A stretch of DNA of 63,122 nt, filler included, from Babesia bigemina (taxonomy: Eukaryota): the NCBI RefSeq assembly GCF_000981445.1. It is 7 parts of 7 records of this genome, joined end to end, with 100 filler letters (N's around TTAATTAATTAA, not from the genome) between each part and the next. Parts side by side here need not be neighbours in the genome. Positions count along the whole stretch, not along the records: positions 1 to 7,284 come from NW_012237006.1; positions 7,385 to 15,946 come from NW_012237007.1; 5 more parts are not named here. One strand, 5' to 3'. A program made the translations under genes and the position numbers. Positions 1 to 9,379 of this stretch are shown here, one piece after another (position 1 is the first letter of the stretch; the number at the start of each line of letters is the position of its first letter). The notes beneath the pieces were generated by a model that did no database searches, was not told the origin of the DNA, and was given only the letters and a program-made list of their open reading frames with translations.

Positions 1-692
1 CCACTCTACATCGCTCCCTTATCCACTCCACATCGCTACGTAACCCACTCCACATCGCTCCCTAACCCACTCCACATCGCTCCTTAACCCACTCCACATC
101 GCTCCTTTATCCACTCTACATCGCTCCTTTATCCACTCCACATCGCTCCTTTATCCACTCTACATCGCCCCTTATCCACTCTACATCGCCCCTTAACCCA
201 CTCTACATCGCTCCCTAACCCACTCTACATCGCTCCCTAACCCACTCTACATCGCTCCTTTACCCACTCTACATCGCCCCTTTATCCACTCTACATCGCC
301 CCTTAACCCACTCCACATCGCCCCTTAACCCACTCTACATCGCCCCTTTACCCACTCCCCATCGCTCCTTTATCCACTCTTCATCGCTCCTTAACCCACT
401 CTACATCGCTCCCTAACCCACTCTACATCGCTCCTTTACCCACTCCACATCGCTCCCTAACGCACTCTACATCGCCCCTTAACCCACTCTACATCGCTCC
501 CTAACCCACTCTACATCGCTCCCTAACCCACTCTACATCGCTCCCTAACCCACTCTACATCGCCCCTTTATCCACTCTACATCGCTCCTTAATCCACTCT
601 ACATCGCTCCTTTATCCACTCTACATCGCCCCTTTATCCACTCCACATCGCCCCTTTATCCACTCTACATCGCTCCCTAACCCACTCTACAT
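1..692 (+). repeat. 22-bp satellite S1, consensus CCACTC(T/C)ACATCGC(T/C)CC(C/T)T(T/A)A(C/T), upstream of g1
   Basis: Tandem 21-22-bp units read directly; C-rich on the sense strand of the following gene. Confidence 0.97.
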
Positions 693-1000
693 ACCTCGAA
701 TCACCTCGCCATAATACCGCTATGACCTCTATAAACCATCCTAATAACTTGTGCTTTGTCCCCCTTCACTTCCCTTCTTCCACCTCTTGCCACTGCCCTG
801 ACCATGTGCCGCCTAGTGAGCTTGACCAGAAATTTGACAAAATTTAGAACCCTAAAAATACCTCAAATAACAACCCTACTAACATCCTTAATAACCTTTG
901 CTCTGGCCTTCAGACTTTCCTCGGCTTCAACTCTGAGACTAAAGGCTACGACGGCACTGGGATTGTGTACTCCGACTTGGATAGGCTGTGTGACGGGGTG
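693..1000 (+). promoter_or_regulatory. Conserved short-type leader of g1 with uORF 722-847 (41 codons, TAG) and a +1-frame ORF ending at 1001
   Basis: gaat(t/c)acct(c/t)gcc...gctATGACCT block recurs at all seven visible 5' ends; TAG at 845-847 is in frame with the main ATG at 1001. Confidence 0.6.
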
Positions 1001-4000
1001 ATGGGATTTTTGAGTGGTGTTCTCAGTAACATCAAAGAGCATTTAGGGCAGCATAAAAATGAAATTAGCAATGCAATTAACACTCTTAACAAAAATAAAC
1101 ACGCCGGTAAAAAAAGGTTTTAATATTGCGATTGGAAGTGTGGTCGAAGGGGTGCGGGGGTATAATGGTAATGTAAAAGCTTCTAATGAAGCAGTGAATA
1201 CAGTAATCAACAAATTGAGGAGCGACATGACTAATATTAATAACATTTTAAAAAAATCGTATGAGACTGATGATGTCGCGAAAATTGACAAAAAAGTTGA
1301 GGAGTGTATCAGGCATGTTGCCGAATATGCAGCCGGTATGAGAAAGGAAAAAAATTACATTGAAGATCTCCAAAACGATTTACAAAACAAAATAAATAAC
1401 GCGGGTGAAATTATAAGTTATCAGGCTGCGCAACTAAAAGTTATTCACTCTAGGCAGCAGAAAAGCAAAGAGGCTGTAGAGACGTCTGTCACTGGCAAGA
1501 TTGATAACCTTAGAGACGAGGTAAAAGAGAACATCAAGAAAGAAGTTAAAAATCTCGTCGACCAATTGAAAGATAAAGTGAAGGCTATTTTGAAAAAGTT
1601 GGAAGAAATTAACGACAATCTGTGGAAATATGTTAAGGAGTTGGAAAAGTGGATTGAAAAAGCTGACAAAGATCTAAGCCAAGCGATCGGCAAGGCAAAT
1701 TCAATCGAGAAAAATAAGATTGGAGAGAATGATCAGAATAAGATAAAATCCGTTGTACAAGAAATTAACAAAGGATTTATCGGCGCGAGAGGGTTTGTGA
1801 AGCAAAAAGTTGGAGAAGCGCTGCAAGCTGTGAAAGATATGGACGAGGCGATTAAGAAGGATTTGAAGACAGTGAAAACTAGGATAATGGAGGAGATTTG
1901 GGGGCACGTTAACACGGAAATTAGGACGCCGTATGGTGGTTTGGAAGGGAAGGTTAAGGAGGGATTGTGGACGATAGAAGATGCAATTACTAGGCCGCTC
2001 GGCATGCTCGTAAGCAGCGCACGAAATTTCAAGGAATACTTCGAAGCGACAAAAACCGCGGTTTCGTTGGCTGTCAGTAAAGTCATGGCGGACTTAGAAA
2101 ATCTACAATTGCTTTCTAATATTGAAGATATTCAAAAGGGTGTCGCACCTCTTCTCAGTGCTGTTGGCGGAGGCGATCCTTTCAAAGACCTAAAAGGCTA
2201 TTTCAGCAATCTAACTACTAAAGTCATGACACCCTTAAGAGAGGTGTTGGATGCTGTTTCAAATGGTTTGGGGAATCTTAATGCAGTAGACAGGAAACAA
2301 CTGGAGGCCGCCTTTAGCAGTGTTAAAGAAGACTTTAGAAAGCAACTTAAAGAGATTGAAAAGGTTGTTGATGGCTTCGTTCTGAACCTCGATATAACGA
2401 AGATTCCGATCGGCGACATCGACATGAACAGTATTCCGAAACTCGAACTAACAAAATATGCTCAGCACGTTAAGAGTGTAACAAAAAAGCTTACAGGTCG
2501 TCCTGAACAATTAGAAAGAGTAGACGTTAAAAACTTACTCAAAGTCCTCCGTCATATTGCCTATGAAGTATCTTCTCACTCTCATCAGGTTGTACAGCAC
2601 GTTATGAATAAGATTCAAGAAAAACTTAGGACTGAAGTTGGCAATGTTGCTACAGCCATCAATGCTAAAGTGAACACAATTAAACAAGGTATAGATTATG
2701 GAATTCACGACAAAACATTCTCTTATGTTAGCGGAGACAATAACGAACACTCAAGAGGCTTGCAGGCGTTGGTTAAAAATTACGATCGAAATATTAAACA
2801 CGAGATCGACAGGTTTCAAAGTGATGTCATCCCAGATGCGTTTACGCATACAGATAGACTTCATAAGAGTGCGGAAAATTACGATTTTGGCAAAAAGCTC
2901 ATGACCTCTTTCAAAACCGCCTATGATGCGCTTGGATTTAAGCTTGAACAGGGCACATTTCAGAAAACTGTAGCTGACAAACTCGACCAGGAGATCGGTG
3001 GGGATGGCATGGCAGATGGAGGCGATGCATCTGAAAAAATATCTGCGCTTGCTGACCGAAAATTCACCAATTACAGAGGACAAGTTGACCAAGATAGCGT
3101 AGCGCTTTCTAAAGGTGACTTAGACAAGCTATCAGGCGCACTTCCAAATAAGATCAAGGAAATTGACGAGCACGGACTAAGCACCTTTAAAGGCAACCTG
3201 GGCGCGACTGATACTGACAAGGATGTGATAAAAAGTGGATACCTTAAAGATATCACAGACAATCTCACCAACCTCTTAAAAGAATTTTCCACCGCCGGCC
3301 AATTCATTAATCACTATCTAAACACACTGAAAACGGATATCGGTAAAGACAAGAGTAACGGTCTCAATGAAATAAAAAATAAACTTAAGCTCCTTATCAC
3401 CGGTGAAATAAAAGCAGCCACCAAGCTGGCCACCGACGTCTTAACTGGAGCCGACAAATTACGTGATAAATATGTTAGTCAAATTCATCAATACGTTGCC
3501 GAACAATCCTCATGCGCTACCAGAGATATTAACACGCAGGTGTGCAAGCAATATGTCTCCATCATACAGGATTTGCTATCAGACTTCGTTAACAAGGTTC
3601 AAAGCGAGCTTGGCCCACTCCCCAACGAGATCACAGCAGATGCCGGAAAAGTATATAAAGGCTTCATGGGAGTGTTACTAGAGAAAATAAAAAGCAGTGG
3701 ATTATCAGCTGCACTGGACGATTCCGCTACTCTACAGACACTGTCAGCCAGAGCGAAAACGTTTTTCACCGACTTGCCCAGAACTCTGAACACTAGGCCA
3801 AAAATCATGCCTTCGGATAGTCTTTCCAAACTGCAAACCAGACTAACACCTTTGTTCACTGACCTCACCAAATACGACAGTAAATTTGTAACGAAATTAG
3901 ACGCACTTAGTGGTCTACTCACCGAGATGCGTCCCGAATCGTACGCCCATCAGCACAACCCCCTGCTCGACTGTCTCAAAAAGGGCGTGCAGGGGATGTG

Positions 4001-6227
4001 CGAGGAGCTCGGCAAGGCGTACGTAAGCGTGTATGATAGCGAGACTTTCGGTGCTGAGCTAATAAAAAACCTCAAACATGTATCTAGCGTTGGTAAACTT
4101 GAAATAAAATATGATCTGACTGACGAAGGCACCAGGTTGTCTAAGGTGTTCCTCACGGTGCTCCGCACCATTGACGTTTCGCTTCATACGTTGAAATCCA
4201 ACTGCAGAGTTCTGCAAAAGAAACGAATCAACAGAGATACTGACATCGGCAGACTGTTCGCTGAAATGGGATATGTAGTTTCAAACTTTGATGAGCAAAA
4301 TGGCGAGCTGCAAGACAGAAGTGAAATGACCGGCGAGCATATCCTAGGCCGACTTATCGGTCGCAGTGGGAGAGTCTACAGCAGCCACGATGATAAAAAC
4401 TACGAAGGGGCACTAAAGGATCTCGTCACGCACCTCAATCGCTACTTCGAAGTGTGCCACTTCACCATCCTCCCTAGACCTAGGACACCTTGCAATGTTT
4501 ATGAAATGTTAGTATGGCTTACAGGCCTTCCTCACAATCCGGTTTACGACGCGCTATTAGAAGACGGTCTCAGCGCACCGTTTAAAGACCCGGCGAAGCA
4601 GACGAAGGAAGCGGGTGACGGCTTTGAGTTCACCGTGTTTGACCTCCAGACTTCACATATAGATGCTTACCCAAGTAACATCACCTACAAGAATACGGCT
4701 GCCACGATAAATCACATCTGTTCGAAAGCATACGACGTATTGGCCACCATCGTCGGACATGGCAACGCTTCTACCGTCTACGCTTGTGACTTCCCAAGCA
4801 ACACCCTCAATTTGAAATATCCCGCTGGCGGTGAGGACTGCCTAAATACGCTCCTCGATATCCTGCGTAGACTTTTGCCGCAGCTGCAATATTTGTTCCA
4901 CCGCTGTAACGTTACTGATACGTATTACGGCTGGCGAAATTGTAGGTACGGCAGGGACGTACCGACAGCCAAGTGGCCGTGTGTCGACCACTCAAGCGAC
5001 AAAGCAAAGCACGAAGCAACGTGCCAGACAAAGTGTCAAGCAAACACCCAACTACATTGTCAACCAACATCGCCGTTGATGTCTTATCTAAATGACTGTC
5101 TATCCGCTCATTTGCCGCATCAGATAGTGACGGTGGGTTGCAAGTCTGAATGTAAGACATGCCCTTCCAATAGCCCTGGAATGCCGTGCCGAATGCCTTT
5201 CGGATTTAGAGGATTTTCTGGGTCAACGAAGACAGGTATGGCTATATGTGAAAGCCTCAGGCTATTTTTGGGTAGCGGCCTAGTGTCGTCCCTTTTGTGC
5301 CTTATACCCAGGCCGCCGTCTACACTACCGGAGCACTTCAACTTTGCGTTGTCCCTCGTTGACAAGTGGAATGGCTCTGCCAGTCATGTTATAAAGGACG
5401 CTTTCGAGGCATCGATTGTCGGCAGTTCCATCGGCCTTTACAAGCAACCCAGCAGCTTCACCAAGGTGCTGAGTAATGCCTATGGCAGCCGTGAAAGTAC
5501 CCATGCACGAGAAAGCCATCCCATATCTACTCGAGCTGACTTATTAAGTCTGGCTAAAAAAGAATCTTGCATCTATTCAATTAGCGACAACGTCCATTGC
5601 GCTCCGTATCTGTCGTCGGTCTGTTCAGATTTCTATCACTACCTTGCCATAAAGCACGCCGACTTATATCTGTCCTGGGCAGTCTACTTGCCGTGGACAC
5701 TGTATAAGTATCTAAAAAGTTTACTCGATGCATTCTGTAATATTTCCTGTAAGGACTGGGAATGCAGCAGATGCACGCACGGCGACAAATGCAAACCGGG
5801 GAAGCATGGTGTAGGATACAGCTGTACTTGCAAAGCACTAGTACACTGTCGTGGCGTTATGAGCACATTCTACAGTTACGGATTCGCATTTGGCAACCCT
5901 CAAACACTGTTAGCCACGGATGGCAGGAGATATTGCCACAGTTTCTACAACCAGCTGAATAATGTCTTAAACTCTGTTTGTTTCAAGGACCTCCTCCAAA
6001 AGTGCGACGAATTCATTTCACCATCAGGCAGCCGTTCATATGGCTCAACGTGGCACTGTGGTCCCTCTCCCTCTTCTACCTTCATCTGCGTGATGGTTGG
6101 CAGGCTGGATGTGCTCCACATACGCTCACATCTGCGAACACCGTCGTCGCACAGGATAACGGCGCAGTCATTGTTGGCTGCAGCGCAAGTCGGAAGGCTT
6201 GCCAAGATATCGTATCTACAACCGTAA
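1001..6227 (+). CDS. ves1: VESA1-like variant erythrocyte surface antigen g1 (A-type tail); frameshifts near 1112, 6017 and 6081
   Basis: GYDGTGIVYSDLDRLCDGVMGFL upstream; 1722-aa ORF with PCxVYEMLxWL, SPLMSYLNDCL, GFRGFSG and RLDVLHIRSHL...LAKISYLQP; frameshifts inferred by comparison with g4. Confidence 0.8.
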
Positions 6228-6385
6228 TTGTAGTCACGTCTGTAATTCACTGTAACTCACGTAACTACTCACTTAGCGAATCACCTACTCACCTAACCGA
6301 CGAACGTAGTCTAATGTCTCGAATTACTCTAGCGGAAACCTGTGAACTAAATAGCACCTAGATTAAGTGATGACTAAACGACAAT

Positions 6386-6905
6386 GCAACGTGTTGACCT
6401 AACATCCAAGCTGAGTGCTAACCTAGCACCCAGGCAAAGTGCTGAGCTAGCAACCAGGCAAAGTGATAATCTAGCACCCAAACAAAGTGCTAACCTAGCA
6501 CCCAGGCAAAGTGCTAACCTAGCAACCAGGCAAAGTGGTAACCTAGCATCCAGGCAACGTGCTAAGCAAGCACGCAGGCAAAGTGCTAACCTAGCAACCA
6601 GGCAACGTGTTGATCTAGCACCCAGGCAACGTGCTAACCTAGCACTCAGGCAACGTGCTAAGCTAGCACACAAGCAAAGTGGTAAGCAGGCACCCAGGCT
6701 AAGTGGTAAGCTAGCAACCAGGCAAAGTGCTAAGCAGGCACCCAGGCTAAGTGGTAAGCTAGCACCCAGGCAATGTGCTGAGCTAGCAACCAGGCAAAGT
6801 GCTAAGTTAGCAACCTGGCAAAGTGCTAAGGTAGCACCCAGGCAATGTGCTGAGCTAGCAACCAGGCAAAGTGCTAAGCTAGCACGCAGGCAAAGTGCTA
6901 AGCTG
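6386..6905 (+). repeat. 24-bp 3' array (CAGGCAAAGTGCTAA(C/G)CTAGCA(A/C)C) after g1
   Basis: Tandem 24-bp units; 8-aa periodicity in ORF 6384..6920. Confidence 0.95.
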
Positions 6906-7284
6906 GCGGATGAACCGTAATTTGGTGGGTGTTGTAGCACGTTGATTGCCTGGTGCGTTGAGTTGTGCGTTGACAGTGAGAGGTGTCCGCGTTGCCCATT
7001 GAGTCAGTGTCACGTGAGGCTGGGTGATTGGTCGCTAACGTAGGCGGTCGTGAGGGCCGCGGCGGGTGACCTAAGTCGTGTGCTGCGAGTCACTGGCAGG
7101 GTGGCGTAATCCGCGCCGGCCTGGTTAAGTAGCATTTATAGGCAGCGATGTAGCGATTGTTAGTATCACATTTAGGCACTTAGCCGACACGCTCCGCCAG
7201 CATGGCGCCGATACCGCGGCTCGTAGCACGGTGCTGCCGCACTGTGGGAGTTGAGCGCACGGAGTCGCTGCAATTTTAATGGCG
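6906..7284 (+). other. Conserved non-repetitive element U, copy 1 (truncated by contig end)
   Basis: Near-identical to sequence starting at 25617 and at 33953. Confidence 0.8.
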
Positions 7285-7384
7285 NNNNNNNNNNNNNNNN
7301 NNNNNNNNNNNNNNNNNNNNNNNNNNNNTTAATTAATTAANNNNNNNNNNNNNNNNNNNNNNNNNNNNNNNNNNNNNNNNNNNN
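7285..7384. other. Artificial contig spacer
   Basis: 44 N + TTAATTAATTAA + 44 N. Confidence 0.98.
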
Positions 7385-7387
7385 GTC

Positions 7388-8189
7388 ATGTAGAGTGGAT
7401 AAGGGGCGATGTAGAGTGGGTTAAGGAGCGATGTAGTGTGGAGAAAGGGGCGATGTAGAGTGGGTTAGGGAGCGATGGAGAGTGGGTTAGGGAGCGATGT
7501 AGAGTGGATAAAGGGGCGATGTGGAGTGGGTAAAGGGGCGATGAAGGGTGGATAAAGGAGCGATGTAGAGTGGGTAAAGGGGCGATGTGGAGTGGATTAG
7601 GGAGCGATGTGGAGTGGATTAGGGAGCGATGTGGAGTGGGTAAAGGAGCGGTGTAGAGTGGGTTAGGAGCGATGTAGAGTGGGTTAAGGAGCGATGTAGA
7701 GTGGATAAAGGAGCGATGTAGAGTGGGTTAAGGGGCGATGTAGAGTGGGTAAAGGAGCGATGTAGAGTGGATAAAGGGGCGATGTAGAGTGGGTTAGGGA
7801 GCGATGTGGAGTGGGTTAAGGGACGATGTAGAGTGGATAAGGGGCGATGTAGAGTGGGTTAAGGAGCGATGTAGTGTGGAGAAAGGGGCGATGTAGAGTG
7901 GGTTAGGGAGCGATGTAGAGTGGGTTAAGGGGCGATGTGGAGTGGGTAAAGGGGCGATGTAGAGTGGATAAAGGGGCGATGTAGAGTGGGTTAGGGAGGG
8001 ATGTGGAGTGGGTTAAGGAGCGATGTAGAGTGGATAAAGGGGCGATGTAGAGTGGGTAAAGGGGCGATGTGGAGTGGGTAAAGGGGCGATGTGGAGTGGG
8101 TTAGGGAGCGATGTAGAGTGGATAAAGGAGCGATGTAGAGTGGGTAAAGGAGCGATGTGGAGTGGGTTAGGGAGCGATGTAGAGTGGAT
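7388..8189 (-). repeat. 22-bp satellite S2, downstream of g2 and presumably upstream of a missing next gene
   Basis: GCGATGTAGAGTGG units on the + strand. Confidence 0.97.
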
Positions 8190-8380
8190 GATAAATACCA
8201 CTTAGCTCACCATGACATCGCTGCCGTGACCATCAACTGTCATCGCTGCCGTGACCATCAACTGTCATCGCTGCCGTGACCATCAACTGTCATCGCTGCC
8301 GTAACCATCAACTGTCATCGCTGCCGTAACCATCAACTGTCATCGCTGCCGTAACCATCAACTGTCATCGCTGCCGTAAC
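8190..8380 (-). repeat. Adaptor: junction plus 25-bp repeat TGTCATCGCTGCCGT(G/A)ACCATCAAC, about 7 copies
   Basis: Read directly; related 20-bp versions at 46722, 52733 and 59208. Confidence 0.9.
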
Positions 8381-8384
8381 ACAA

Positions 8385-9232
8385 ACTTTGCCTGTGTGCT
8401 AGCTTACCACTTTGCCTGGGTGCTAGGTTAGCACTTAGCCTGGTTGCTAGGTTAGCACTTAGCCTGGTTGCTAGCTTAGCACTTCGCCTGGTTGCTAGGT
8501 CAACACTTTGCCTGGTTGCTAGCTTATCACTTTGCCTGGGTGCTAGGTTAAAACGTTGCCTGGTTGCTAGCTTAGCACTTTGCGTGGTTGGTAGCTTAGC
8601 ACTTTGCCTGGTTGCCAGCTTAGCACTTTGCCTGGTTGCCAGCTTAGCACATAGCCTGGTTGCTAGCTTAACACTTTCCCTGGTTGCTACGTTACCACTT
8701 TACCTGTGTGCTAGCTTAACACTTTGCCTGGGTGCCAGCTTAGCACGTTGCCTGTGTGCTAGCTTAGCACTTAGCCTGTGTGCCAGCTTACCACTTTGCC
8801 TGGTTGCCAGCTTACCACTTAGCCTGGCTGCTAGGTTAGCACTTTGCCTGCGTGCTAGCTCAACACTTTGCCTGGGTGCCAGCTTAGCACTTTGCCTGTG
8901 TGCTAGGTTACCACGTTGCCTGTGTGCTACCTCATCACTTTGCCTGGGTGCTAGCTTACCACTTTGCCTGGTTGCTAGCTTAGCACTTTGCCTGAGTGCC
9001 AGCTTAGCACTTTGCCTGGTTGCTAGGTTATCACTTTGCCTGGGTGCTTGCTTAGCACGTTGCCTGCGTGCTAGCTTATCACTTTGCCTGGGTGCTTGCT
9101 TAGCACTTTGCCTGTGTGCTAAATTAGCACTTTGCCTGGGTGCTAGCTTACCACTTTGCCTGGGTGCTAGGTCAACACTTTGCCTGGTTGCTAGGTCAAC
9201 ACGTTGCCTGGCTGCTAGGTCAACACGTTGCA
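8385..9232 (-). repeat. 24-bp 3' array after g2
   Basis: Reverse complement of the 6386-6905 unit. Confidence 0.95.
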
Positions 9233-9379
9233 TTGTCGTTCACTCATCACTTAATCTCTACGCTATCTAGTTCACAGGTTGCCGCTAGAGTAATTCGAGA
9301 CATTAGACTACGTTTGTATGTTAGGTGAGTAGGTGAGCTATGGTAAGTGAGTTACTGTGAATTACAAATGTGACTACAA

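Noticed and set aside
1..692. Satellite as a CRISPR array
   Set aside because: Units are contiguous with no unique spacers, there are no cas genes, and the context is eukaryotic
800..920. An intron removing the codon-42 stop
   Set aside because: GTGAGC is present only in g1 and g6, and no acceptor AG is conserved across leaders; not excluded without cDNA
1059..3900. Bacterial Ebh- or SMC-like coiled-coil protein
   Set aside because: Only generic helical composition; flanking motifs and tail identify a ves-type antigen
6480..6530. 19-nt introns (GTGCTAACCTAGCACCCAG) in the 24-bp array
   Set aside because: Weak donor, CTAAC absent from many units, and much shorter than the 33-36-nt intron-like segments elsewhere in the window
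6374..6940. ORFs over the 24-bp arrays (also 8584, 8700, 25013, 33439)
   Set aside because: They appear on either strand because the unit is a multiple of 3; starts are inconsistent between copies; no independent coding evidence
7329..7340. TTAATTAATTAA as a biological motif
   Set aside because: Identical six-frame-stop linker centred in every 100-bp N gap
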